A DNA stretch of 64,000 nt from a virus, in the IMG/VR virus record IMGVR_UViG_3300000239_000002, positions 2,761 to 66,760 of that record. The stretch is one strand, 5' to 3'. This document shows, in pieces, positions 46,789 through 55,868 of this stretch (its first letter is position 1; each line of letters opens with the position of its first letter). A program made the translations under genes and the position numbers. Below the pieces are notes generated by a model. The model made no database searches and had not been told where the DNA came from. It saw only the letters and a list, made by a program, of their open reading frames with translations.

Positions 46789-47959
46789 AATAAATGATAA
46801 AAACTGCTCTAAAATTGCACAAAGATTGTATGAGTTTACAAGATTCTGTGGCCAAGGATTTTTTGAGGATGATTTTAGTCATGATTATTATGATCATGAT
46901 GCAAGCCTCGACATTGAAAATTACGATTATATTTTTGTAATTAAAGCAGGGCATTTGTTTTGGGATAGATTAATTTTTGATCAATGTTTAGAAGAAAAGA
47001 TAACAAAACTTTCTAATGAACCTGTGGTTGGAGATGAGAATTGGTTTTTAATTGATTGTAAAAAGATTAATACAAAAATATTCAATAAGGCCTTGAGGAG
47101 CGAGCGGGCCCGCTCACTCCTTAAAGAAGAATATAATATTAAGCCGTTTAGTGACTCTATAAACGAACAAATAATATTTTCATTTCCAGAAACAATGTAT
47201 CCTTACATCGAAGAATTAATGTTAGATCTCAAAAGTAATGTTCCTGATAAATTAAAACCTTTTGCGGATGAATTGAAGATGTCAGCTAGAACTTTAGAAA
47301 GATGTTATTATATTCTAAACACAGAACATGTTAATATAACCAAAACCTTTGAAAATAAATTTGATAATTATATTGGAGTCTGTGGTGGGTTAAAGACATA
47401 TATTTTATTAGGACAAGAGTATTTTAGTGAAAATACCAATGTTTTAATGTTTGATATAAGTCCCGCGGCGATTAGATGGCAACAATTTCTTAAAGAAACT
47501 TGGAATGGTGAGGTGGAACATTTATCATCAATAGCACAACTGTTTAAAGAAGAGGTGTATAAGTTGGGTTTACCTTTTAATCCTATCGGTCGTCGAGCTG
47601 ATGGAAGAATGACCAAGAGCGAGCGTGCTCATCATCTTAATATCGACTTATGTAACTATTTAGAAGATAATAACATTGATTCTCAGCAACTAAAACACAA
47701 CTGGAAACGTTTTCATAATATGAATGTTACTTATGAACAAGTAGATCTTTTTAATACTGCGGATGTCGATAAATTAATTCAACATACGAAACTTGGAACT
47801 AATACTTATTTTTGGCTCAGTAATTGTTTTCAAATGGATAGACTTATATTTAAATATGGTACAAAGTGGACTTGGGATTCAGAAGCTTCTTTTAAAAAAG
47901 ACTTTAGAAGTAAATCATATACACCTTGTACTTTTGATGTTGATGATGAAATAACCTAA
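46763..47959 (+). CDS. hypothetical protein (methyltransferase-like C-terminus possible)
   Basis: GVCGG, MFDISP, FWLSN. Confidence 0.55.
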   Translation: MKIKLLIDKINDKNCSKIAQRLYEFTRFCGQGFFEDDFSHDYYDHDASLDIENYDYIFVIKAGHLFWDRLIFDQCLEEKITKLSNEPVVGDENWFLIDCKKINTKIFNKALRSERARSLLKEEYNIKPFSDSINEQIIFSFPETMYPYIEELMLDLKSNVPDKLKPFADELKMSARTLERCYYILNTEHVNITKTFENKFDNYIGVCGGLKTYILLGQEYFSENTNVLMFDISPAAIRWQQFLKETWNGEVEHLSSIAQLFKEEVYKLGLPFNPIGRRADGRMTKSERAHHLNIDLCNYLEDNNIDSQQLKHNWKRFHNMNVTYEQVDLFNTADVDKLIQHTKLGTNTYFWLSNCFQMDRLIFKYGTKWTWDSEASFKKDFRSKSYTPCTFDVDDEIT

Positions 47960-47976
47960 TCATAATAAATATTGCT

Positions 47977-48129
47977 ATGAAAATAGTTGAGTTAATGGAA
48001 GCAGTTGGTATAGGACGCGGCTTAATGGAACTAATTACTACTGGTGAGTACCAAACTATCAATTTATCGTGCTTCAACCCCACTCGAGTGTTAAATAAAG
48101 AAAAGCGGTTAGAACCTTACGTTATTTAA
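47977..48129 (+). CDS. 50-aa ORF with capsid-targeting-like N-terminus, possibly a truncated remnant (not in ORF track)
   Basis: MKIVELMEAVGIGRG...; TAAATA-N5-ATG. Confidence 0.45.
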   Translation: MKIVELMEAVGIGRGLMELITTGEYQTINLSCFNPTRVLNKEKRLEPYVI

Positions 48130-48143
48130 ATTGGAGCGAAATA

Positions 48144-48593
48144 ATGCCTAGACTATACTGGCGCCAGAATAATTTTCTTGAGCGTCTAGAGCCTATGGAT
48201 ATGTGGCCACCGGGAACAAAGTGTGAAGACGATCCTGTTAGGCCAAATATAGGAGAAAGAGATAGATTTTTATATGGCAGAGAGGTATATGCTCTGTGGA
48301 CACATGCCATTTGTTGTGTAGCATTTTGTGATGAAGTGCCAAGAACAGAAAAGCAATTAACAACTATGGCGGGATTAGACATAGCAGTTTTTTATACTGT
48401 GTGGAGTTACAGAAAAGGTAAAGGTAGTGAAATTTTAAATTTACTATTACCATATTTTCAAGAGAAAAAACCTTGGGTTAAAAGATTTGTAACATTATCT
48501 CCCAAAACAGAAATGGCACACAATTTCCATATTAAAAATGGTGCGGAAGAATTTCGTAGAAATAAACTAACCGTAAATTACGAATACAAATAA
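48144..48593 (+). CDS. GNAT-like phage protein
   Basis: DDPVRP, VFYTVWSYRKGKG, FVTLSPKTEMAHNFHIKNGA. Confidence 0.6.
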   Translation: MPRLYWRQNNFLERLEPMDMWPPGTKCEDDPVRPNIGERDRFLYGREVYALWTHAICCVAFCDEVPRTEKQLTTMAGLDIAVFYTVWSYRKGKGSEILNLLLPYFQEKKPWVKRFVTLSPKTEMAHNFHIKNGAEEFRRNKLTVNYEYK

Positions 48594-48594
48594 T

Positions 48595-48679
48595 GCCCGC
48601 GTGGTGAAATTGGAATACACGATTGTTTTAGGGGCAATTGCCGCAAGGCGTGCTGGTTCGAGTCCAGCCGCGGGCACCA
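48595..48679 (+). tRNA. tRNA-Leu(UAG)
   Basis: ATTGT-TTTAGGG-GCAAT; variable arm; CCA. Confidence 0.9.
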
Positions 48680-48684
48680 AAAAT

Positions 48685-48776
48685 GGTGGGTTGGCAGAGC
48701 CCGGTTGAATGCACCAGACTTGAAATCTGGCATACGTGTAAGCGTATCGAAGGTTCGAATCCTTCACCCACCGCCA
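48685..48776 (+). tRNA. tRNA-Ser(UGA)
   Basis: CCAGA-CTTGAAA-TCTGG; long variable arm; G73 CCA. Confidence 0.93.
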
Positions 48777-48810
48777 ACTTAATCAATAAATATTTTTAGA
48801 GGATCAAATT

Positions 48811-49323
48811 ATGAATGAAGATACATTATATAGCTCAAATTGGGACAATATGTGGGACTGCCGAACTGCTTCTGGTGAAAAATTTAATTTACAAGAAGAA
48901 TGTGAAGGTAAAGTTCTATTAGTAGTAAACACAGCAAGTGAATGTGGTTGGACACGACATTATGAACCCTTACAAACACTTTATGAAGAATTGAAAGAGA
49001 AAGGATTAATAGTTGTTGCTTTTCCATGTAATCAATTTGGAGAACAAGAACCTGGTACAGATGAGGAAATTTTAGAATTTTGTCAAACAAAATACAACGT
49101 AACTTTTCCTGTAATGCAAAAAGGTGATGTTGAAGGAGATAACTGTCAACCACTTTATCAATGGCTTATAAGTGATCATGGTGAAGGGAAAAGTTGGATT
49201 GGCTGGAATTTTCATAAATTTTTAATTGACCGAACAGGCAATGTTGTCGGTAATTGGGAAATGGAAGAAGAAATGGAACCAGTTATAGAAGCGGTTCAGT
49301 CATGCCTGCAGAAATCAAATTAG
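48811..49323 (+). CDS. glutathione peroxidase (Cys type)
   Basis: VVNTASECG, FPCNQFGEQEPG, WNFHKFL. Confidence 0.93.
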   Translation: MNEDTLYSSNWDNMWDCRTASGEKFNLQEECEGKVLLVVNTASECGWTRHYEPLQTLYEELKEKGLIVVAFPCNQFGEQEPGTDEEILEFCQTKYNVTFPVMQKGDVEGDNCQPLYQWLISDHGEGKSWIGWNFHKFLIDRTGNVVGNWEMEEEMEPVIEAVQSCLQKSN

Positions 49324-50132
49324 ATTGGAATAAAGTATTAAACTGTTCTGCTATAATCAATAACAATATTGATAATGTTTATTTTGAATATATTTGGCAT
49401 AGATATATTGACAATCAAGATATAGAGTATAAGGACTGGAAACCTTCCGGTTTAACATTTGATAGTCATTGGCTTGTTAAATACTATCTTAATTTTATAC
49501 ATTGTAAAGATCTATTAAAAGACTATAATGTTTTAGATTTGGGATGTGGGATTCCTTTTTATGCTAAATGGTTTTTAAATTCTGGTGCAAAATCTTATGA
49601 TGGTATAGATTTAGATTTTAATAGAATTATTATTGGTGATCAATTATTAGAATTACAAAATCTTAAAGATAAAGCAAATATTATTTCTGATGATATAGAA
49701 AGTTATGTGTATAAACCACAGTTTGTGGACTCGCGTCCGTGGATACCGCAATATTTAAAATCATATGATATTGTCTATCTAATAGAGTCACTATATTATA
49801 TACATAATCAGCACGATTTACTAACTACGATTAAGCAAAATATTAAACCAAAGAACTTAATTATAGAAAGTGTTGTAGTAGATGATATATTAGAACATCC
49901 AGAAGGAATTATTCGAGTAAAATATAGTTCAGAAGATTCAAAAGACTATGATGGGGTTAAATCAGACTTGCCTAGGTTAAAGATGCATAGTAGTCGTAAA
50001 GCATATGAAAAACTTTTTGAATCTACTGGTTGGAAAATTAAAGAATATTATGACTTTAAAAACTATAAGGGTCCTGATTTTCCAAGTGAAAATATTGCAA
50101 ATGGCCGTAAGATGTTCTATGTTTTAGAATAA
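49302..50132 (+). CDS. class I SAM-dependent methyltransferase
   Basis: VLDLGCG, GIDLD, YDIV. Confidence 0.85.
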   Translation: MPAEIKLDWNKVLNCSAIINNNIDNVYFEYIWHRYIDNQDIEYKDWKPSGLTFDSHWLVKYYLNFIHCKDLLKDYNVLDLGCGIPFYAKWFLNSGAKSYDGIDLDFNRIIIGDQLLELQNLKDKANIISDDIESYVYKPQFVDSRPWIPQYLKSYDIVYLIESLYYIHNQHDLLTTIKQNIKPKNLIIESVVVDDILEHPEGIIRVKYSSEDSKDYDGVKSDLPRLKMHSSRKAYEKLFESTGWKIKEYYDFKNYKGPDFPSENIANGRKMFYVLE

Positions 50133-51445
50133 AAATCAGCAAATAATTCGTAGTATTCTGGCATAGTATTTTTAAAACTTTGTTTTCGATATCCGTCTAT
50201 TTTGCCATTTATATCCCAAAATGTATCTCTATGTCGATCATAATCATCAGGAGTATAATCTAAAGTATTAATTACTGTTTCCATATCTCGTGTATACATA
50301 TGTTTTACAGCATGTGCGCCATTTTTTCCAGTTGGCGGATCATAGTTTAATAACTTTTTTCTAATTACTTCTTTAATAGGTTCTGGAATGTACATAATGT
50401 TACATTCCTTTTTATCATATACTCTGTTAGCAAATGACATAGAAACATTGCCAACACCATTGATATTAGCCAGTTTCTCCTCTTCTGATCGTTGAAAAAT
50501 AGTAAACTCATTTTCTAGCCAGCCTTTTTCATGTACATATTGACAAATTTCAGGAAGATAGAATACATTTAATATTTGAGTTGTAATTGAAAAATCAGGG
50601 AATATTGAAGGATGATTCATTGATGCTTTTAAAAACTTTTCTATATTTTCTTCAATTTGGTCCCATTTGCTTAAATGTCTAATATAATCATTATGTTTAC
50701 CAATAGCATCAAAACTTAATCCTAATACAGCATGTTTGAATTTTCCTAGTTTTTCAACTATTTCATTTGAGAAAATTGTACAATTTGTATGTATACCTAA
50801 TACTTGTTCTTTTGCTACATCATTTTCTATACTCTTATCAATTATTTCATATGTAAAAGGATTTAGGAGTGGTTCTCCACCATATAAGTCAATAACAGCA
50901 AATCCTTTATTCCAGTTAGATAAAACACGACGGAGTTCTTCATTACTTTCATGATAACTCAGTTCATAACTTTCCCATTTTTTAAGCCATTCTTTATATG
51001 GTTTTTTTATATTTTTTATTTTGTAAGAGTCTTTATACCATTGAACACTAGTTGATGGATGACATGATCTGCAAGCATTATTACATTTATTACCGTGTTT
51101 TAATACTAAAACTCTGGGTTGATCTTCCATTGGTTCAATACCAGCAAATACTTCATTTAACATTGTTCTATGACTTTTTGTGCCACTTTCTTCATTTACT
51201 CTACATTGTTTACAACCTTCCGGCCAGATACCTTGTTTATGTTGTTCTAATAAACGATCCCGCATATCATTATTCCATGCTTTTTCCAAACTATCATGCT
51301 GTAGAATAATCATATGACTAGGTTCATTCTCTCCATGATTTGTCATTAAATGATAATCTAGTAATTGGTTACAGGGAGAAATATGGCCGCCCATATGTCC
51401 TGTTAAGCCTAATTGTGCGAGTTTACATACTATTTCTTTTGGCAT
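50117..51445 (-). CDS. radical SAM protein with N-terminal twitch/SPASM-like domain
   Basis: SPCN, GCKQC, CNNACRSC, YGGEP. Confidence 0.9.
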   Translation of the reverse strand: MPKEIVCKLAQLGLTGHMGGHISPCNQLLDYHLMTNHGENEPSHMIILQHDSLEKAWNNDMRDRLLEQHKQGIWPEGCKQCRVNEESGTKSHRTMLNEVFAGIEPMEDQPRVLVLKHGNKCNNACRSCHPSTSVQWYKDSYKIKNIKKPYKEWLKKWESYELSYHESNEELRRVLSNWNKGFAVIDLYGGEPLLNPFTYEIIDKSIENDVAKEQVLGIHTNCTIFSNEIVEKLGKFKHAVLGLSFDAIGKHNDYIRHLSKWDQIEENIEKFLKASMNHPSIFPDFSITTQILNVFYLPEICQYVHEKGWLENEFTIFQRSEEEKLANINGVGNVSMSFANRVYDKKECNIMYIPEPIKEVIRKKLLNYDPPTGKNGAHAVKHMYTRDMETVINTLDYTPDDYDRHRDTFWDINGKIDGYRKQSFKNTMPEYYELFADFYSKT

Positions 51446-51490
51446 ACCCGTATTTATGAATTATACCTATTCTATGAATAAATATTTGTT

Positions 51491-51567
51491 TGGTCCATAG
51501 CTCAGTTAGTTAGAGCGCCGCTCTGATAAAGCGGAGGTCCCTGGTTCGAATCCAGGTGGACCAACCA
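51491..51567 (+). tRNA. tRNA-Ile(GAU)
   Basis: CCGCT-CTGATAA-AGCGG; CCA. Confidence 0.92.
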
Positions 51568-51587
51568 TTTATTAAATAAATATCAAC

Positions 51588-52142
51588 ATGCTCGGATTAA
51601 GAACATTAGTATTAAACGCATCATATATGCCAATTTCTTTATTGCCATTACATACTATTCCCGTGGAAGATGCTGTTAATAGAATATTTAACGATAGTTG
51701 TCATGTAGTTTTTAGTTATAATAGATGGATTCAAACACCTAATTTACATATGAAATGGCCTAGTGTTATTGCTCGTAATAGTTATGTTAATGTCAAGTCT
51801 ATTATGAAGTTAAAACGAGAATCTCTATACTATAGAGATCACGGCATATGTGTATATTGTGAACAGCCGTTAACTGTAAGAGAAGTAACCTATGATCACG
51901 TTATCCCCAAACGTCTAGGTGGTCGAAAAGTGTGGGAAAATGTAGTTTCGGCATGTTCACGATGTAATTCACTTAAAGGAAATCATAATCCAGTAGGCAT
52001 ATGGAAACCAAAATGGAAGCCATATAAGCCGAATTACTTTCAATTATTAGCAAGACGCAAGAAATTTCCTATTATGATTGATCATGAGAGTTGGAAACAG
52101 TTTTTTGGTGATTGGGAAAGTGACATTATTATTAGGACATAA
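51588..52142 (+). CDS. HNH endonuclease (McrA-like, bacterial type)
   Basis: TLVLNASY.P, RDHGICVYC, TYDHVIPK..GG...WENVVSACSRCN. Confidence 0.88.
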   Translation: MLGLRTLVLNASYMPISLLPLHTIPVEDAVNRIFNDSCHVVFSYNRWIQTPNLHMKWPSVIARNSYVNVKSIMKLKRESLYYRDHGICVYCEQPLTVREVTYDHVIPKRLGGRKVWENVVSACSRCNSLKGNHNPVGIWKPKWKPYKPNYFQLLARRKKFPIMIDHESWKQFFGDWESDIIIRT

Positions 52143-52185
52143 TTACAATAACTAAATAATATTAGCATATTATGGAGAGATATTA

Positions 52186-52533
52186 ATGTTTGATTTTATT
52201 AAAGCATTGTTTGGTATTAAAACAATGCCTTCACCTAAAACAGTTAAAACTGTACAAGAAGTTGCGGAAAAAATGGTAGAACCTGTTATCCAAGAAACCC
52301 TTAAAATAACAGAGGGAAATTGGAAAAGTAAGGAAGTAGCACCAGCACCAGCACCAGCACCAGCACCAAAGCCAAAACGTTATACTAAAAAACAACTAAC
52401 TGAAATGACAAAGAAAGAAGTTGATGAGTTGGGGTTAGAGTTGTTTAATGTAAAATTGGATAGACGCGTTCAAAAACAGGTTCTTATTCAGGCATTTATA
52501 AACGTTCAGCGTGATTTTCATAAAAAGAAATAA
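52186..52533 (+). CDS. hypothetical protein with Pro-Ala linker
   Basis: (GCACCA)5 repeat; C-terminal MTKKE...LDRR helical motif. Confidence 0.65.
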   Translation: MFDFIKALFGIKTMPSPKTVKTVQEVAEKMVEPVIQETLKITEGNWKSKEVAPAPAPAPAPKPKRYTKKQLTEMTKKEVDELGLELFNVKLDRRVQKQVLIQAFINVQRDFHKKK

Positions 52534-52534
52534 A

Positions 52535-53227
52535 ATGTATGATGTATTTTTTCAATGCTTTGATGAACTCAATGCAGACGAAAATTTTGAAGTAATAAAA
52601 CAAAAAGCACCCCACGCACAACGAATACAAGGTATAGTAGGTATACATAGTGCTCATAAATTTTGTGCTGAACAAAGTAAAACTAATTTATTTTATCTCG
52701 TAGATGGAGACTCTCGTATAAGAGATGATTTTGAGTTTAAATATGAAGGATTTGATAACAAAGTATATCTTTGGAAGGCAATAGACGGAGTTTACGGATA
52801 TGCTAGTTGGCACGGATGCCTCAAATTATTTCCTAAAAGTATAGTGTTAAACGCCGGTGATTGGGGAGTAAAATATATTGATTCTACTATGACTATTAGT
52901 GATAAAAAACATATTGTTATAAATGAAATAGCAACCTCTCATTTATATAATACTTCCCCGTTCCATACTTGGAGAGCAATTTTTAGGGAATATATGAAGC
53001 AAGTAATAAAAGATAATCCTAATAAGCAACAAGAAATACAAATGAAATTGTTTCTAACATATGGAAATCGCAATACTCCCGGGTATGCGTGGTATGCGAA
53101 AATGGGTGCGAATGCGGCGCATTCGTATTACGAAAAATACAAGAATTCACCCGAAAAACTCATGATTATTAATGATTACGATAAACTTTCTGATATGTTC
53201 AACAAATTCAACTACTTAGACTCATGA
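52535..53227 (+). CDS. glycosyltransferase-like phage protein (paralog of 7791-8708)
   Basis: MYDVFF...GIHSAH..CA...FYLVDGDS, SPFHTWR. Confidence 0.55.
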   Translation: MYDVFFQCFDELNADENFEVIKQKAPHAQRIQGIVGIHSAHKFCAEQSKTNLFYLVDGDSRIRDDFEFKYEGFDNKVYLWKAIDGVYGYASWHGCLKLFPKSIVLNAGDWGVKYIDSTMTISDKKHIVINEIATSHLYNTSPFHTWRAIFREYMKQVIKDNPNKQQEIQMKLFLTYGNRNTPGYAWYAKMGANAAHSYYEKYKNSPEKLMIINDYDKLSDMFNKFNYLDS

Positions 53228-53260
53228 AAAGATAGACAAATCTGCTAGATATGTTATAAT
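53206..53260 (+). promoter_or_regulatory. early sigma70 promoter with IHF-like site (homologous to 37378-37432)
   Basis: ATTCAACTACTTA...TAGACA-16-TATAAT with extended TG. Confidence 0.65.
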
Positions 53261-53292
53261 AGTATAGTAAATTAATTAACAGTCGAGAGTTT

Positions 53293-53460
53293 ATGTCCCT
53301 AGTAAAATGGAAAGCAATTACCCCAAATTCAGCCGTTTGTCGTGCCCTAGGAGAAGTAGTCCACGCACGTTTTAAAACATTACCCCAAGCAAGCAAATTT
53401 CTTAAAACACTTAATCAACCAGCATTTATCAAGCAAGATTTAAAAAATGTTAAACTCTAA
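53293..53460 (+). CDS. 55-aa early protein (not in ORF track)
   Basis: MSLVKWKAITPNSAVCRALG...; first ORF after promoter. Confidence 0.55.
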   Translation: MSLVKWKAITPNSAVCRALGEVVHARFKTLPQASKFLKTLNQPAFIKQDLKNVKL

Positions 53461-53644
53461 TAAACTTGTGCCAAACTGTCCAACCTGCGGAAAGCATATC
53501 ACTCTCAGAGTATATCCCGAAATCGGAGATATAGTTGTTTGTGAAGGATGCGGCTCAAAAGCAGAAATTGCTTATATAGACAGAATGGAGCCAGATTACT
53601 TAGATGTTGATTTCGGCAATGCACAAGAAAGAGGCACAGCATAA
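53447..53644 (+). CDS. zinc-ribbon protein
   Basis: CPTCG...GDIVVCEGCG. Confidence 0.65.
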   Translation: MLNSNKLVPNCPTCGKHITLRVYPEIGDIVVCEGCGSKAEIAYIDRMEPDYLDVDFGNAQERGTA

Positions 53645-53751
53645 TGGCAACCTATAACAAGGAAGCGGTCGACAAGGCCATTAAGAAGAATCCAAAGATC
53701 AAACCCAAAGAGGCAAAACTGATCCACCGACTACTGAAAGGGAGAAAGTAA
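53644..53751 (+). CDS. 35-aa basic phage peptide (not in ORF track)
   Basis: MATYNKEAVDKAIKKNPKIKPKEAKLIHRLLKGRK; TAATG coupling on both sides. Confidence 0.65.
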   Translation: MATYNKEAVDKAIKKNPKIKPKEAKLIHRLLKGRK

Positions 53752-54050
53752 TGTCCTACGGACTCAAACACGTTAAACTCAATTTAAGCGGCTCCCACGG
53801 AAACGTTTTTCATATATTGGGTGCCGCAAAAGGCCTAGTTAGGAAAGTTGAAGGATTCAAAGCGGCTAATGAATTTGCAAGGCAAGCAGATGGTACTGCG
53901 TGGCGTGAAATGGGTGGTGATTGGTCTTATAATGACGTTCTCCGCACTGTAAAAGACAAGATAGGGTTAACGTTTGTCGCTGATGGCGAATTAACAGACG
54001 TTGACAAAGATTTATATGAACTTAATGATCACAAAGAGGTATGGATATGA
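53751..54050 (+). CDS. hypothetical phage protein
   Basis: LSGSHGNVFHILG motif. Confidence 0.65.
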   Translation: MSYGLKHVKLNLSGSHGNVFHILGAAKGLVRKVEGFKAANEFARQADGTAWREMGGDWSYNDVLRTVKDKIGLTFVADGELTDVDKDLYELNDHKEVWI

Positions 54051-54241
54051 TAGATCCGAATAACATGACGTTTGAACAATTTAAAGGTGTAATGGCTTAT
54101 CAGTTTCAGGGCATTGATCCTTTGTGTGACAAATACTACTGGAATTTATGGCAGGATAGCAGGCGTTATGGTTGCAAGAATACAGCCGCTAAACCTGTAT
54201 GGGAAGACTTCTTAGAAGCAATTCGCACAGGAAAGATATAA
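54041..54241 (+). CDS. hypothetical protein
   Basis: Coupled ORF. Confidence 0.55.
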   Translation: MDMIDPNNMTFEQFKGVMAYQFQGIDPLCDKYYWNLWQDSRRYGCKNTAAKPVWEDFLEAIRTGKI

Positions 54242-54337
54242 TGAGTAAAAAAGAATTCTTTATACCACTTTTCCTGCTGGTATTATTGATATTAGTATCG
54301 AGAGCATTTGCTGAAATAGTTTAAGAGGAAAGATATA

Positions 54338-54586
54338 ATGAGTATGATCAGAAGGCGGCCAAATACAGCAGTTTTTCCTACTGAAGAGGAAATGGATGTT
54401 TTTCTTACTGAAAATGTGAACCCTGGCTCTACAGTTATTATTAAAGAGGATAAAGGTCAGTGGCGAGCCAGTTGGTGTCCAGGAACAGATATTGGAAAAT
54501 ATTTTCCTAATGGCGCATCAAGTGAAGATCAAATTTATTTTTACAACAGAGAAAGGTTATGGCTAGAAATTCCAGCATTTCAGTGA
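54338..54586 (+). CDS. hypothetical protein
   Basis: SD GAGG. Confidence 0.55.
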   Translation: MSMIRRRPNTAVFPTEEEMDVFLTENVNPGSTVIIKEDKGQWRASWCPGTDIGKYFPNGASSEDQIYFYNRERLWLEIPAFQ

Positions 54587-54728
54587 ATCCAAATACAGTA
54601 GTTACCCGCATTTGGTGGACAGTGATAGTTGTTTCAATGTGGGTTGGCATTGTTGTTGTAGCAGATCTTAACTGGCCCAGTCATATGGGTGAGCAAGGCG
54701 CATTGCTGAGGGCAATTGGCCTATTGTA

Positions 54729-55673
54729 ATGAGCAAGGGGTTTACACTTATTGAATTGATGATGGTTGTTGCTATCATCGGCGTTACGGCGGCCATCGCA
54801 TTGCCTGTTTATAATGGGTATGTTGCTAGGGCGCAAGTAAGCGAAGGAATTATTTTGGCATCACCAGCACGATATAGTGTAGAAGAAATGTGCCAAGTTG
54901 AAGGCAAATATCCAGCAGATAACATAGAAGCAGGATTACCAGAACCTAAACTTATAACAGGAGATTATACGGATAATATTGCAGTAAACGATGGCACTGT
55001 TATAGCAGAATTTGGCAAGGATGCGGTGAGTCAATTACAAGGGCATACAATATCATTTATACCCGATGGTTGTGGTTTGTGGAATTGTACAGCAGATGAA
55101 TCTATTATGAAATATGCCCCTGCAATATGTACAGGTATAGGCAGTGGTACAATGTCTGCGGCAAGCATGTTATTGGATCCAGACAAAGGTGAAACATTTT
55201 GTAGTGCATTTTCTAAACCATTGCCGGCACGACCAGGGCACGAAGAAGGTTGGACCCATCCGTGGGGAGCACCGGGTGCTTTTGCTTCTACATATTTGTC
55301 TAAGCCAAAAACAGGAATGACAGCAAGTGATGTTCTTAAAAGTCAATTAAACTTTGTAGGCTGTGATTCTAGTCGCGGATCTATGTATGTTAAACGCTCA
55401 GGTGATGGTGGTAAATGTCGACAAGCGAGTTGTAATAAGTCATATGACTATATGCCAGGTGGCAACGCCAAATGGGTTAGCGATTTATTAACTGAAACTC
55501 TAACAGAAATTGGTGTGGATAAAGATGATTTTAAGATTGACATAATTTCACCCCCAGGCACAATATTGCGTGATCAAGAAGTAGAAATTGAGTATAAAGA
55601 TAGTGATGGTGTATGGCAACTAGATATTATTAAAATCGGAGAACAAGGATTAGGTAAAGACTATGACTTATAA
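54729..55673 (+). CDS. type IVa pilin with long C-terminal extension
   Basis: MSKG|FTLIELMMVVAIIG...ALPVY..YVARAQVSEG prepilin motif; D-region WNC...PAIC. Confidence 0.9.
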   Translation: MSKGFTLIELMMVVAIIGVTAAIALPVYNGYVARAQVSEGIILASPARYSVEEMCQVEGKYPADNIEAGLPEPKLITGDYTDNIAVNDGTVIAEFGKDAVSQLQGHTISFIPDGCGLWNCTADESIMKYAPAICTGIGSGTMSAASMLLDPDKGETFCSAFSKPLPARPGHEEGWTHPWGAPGAFASTYLSKPKTGMTASDVLKSQLNFVGCDSSRGSMYVKRSGDGGKCRQASCNKSYDYMPGGNAKWVSDLLTETLTEIGVDKDDFKIDIISPPGTILRDQEVEIEYKDSDGVWQLDIIKIGEQGLGKDYDL

Positions 55674-55857
55674 AAAAAATGATTGTCCATTTCAAGTAAA
55701 AAGAAATATGGATTCTAAACAAAAAGCGTATGCTAATGATTGGATTACTTATAATCAAAATTCTGGAAATGATGTTTACACTGGCGGCCTTTCCGTATGT
55801 CACGAGTTGGCGTCAACACTTAATACTGAATGGTTTTTCGAAAAGTACATAGGATAA
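55663..55857 (+). CDS. hypothetical protein
   Basis: Coupled ORF. Confidence 0.5.
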   Translation: MTYKKNDCPFQVKRNMDSKQKAYANDWITYNQNSGNDVYTGGLSVCHELASTLNTEWFFEKYIG

Positions 55858-55868
55858 TAAATACTACT

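Noticed and set aside
48811-49323. Selenocysteine in glutathione peroxidase
   Set aside because: The active-site codon is TGT (Cys).
52339-52368. (GCACCA)5 repeat as a contingency locus
   Set aside because: In-frame Pro-Ala linker; ordinary low complexity.
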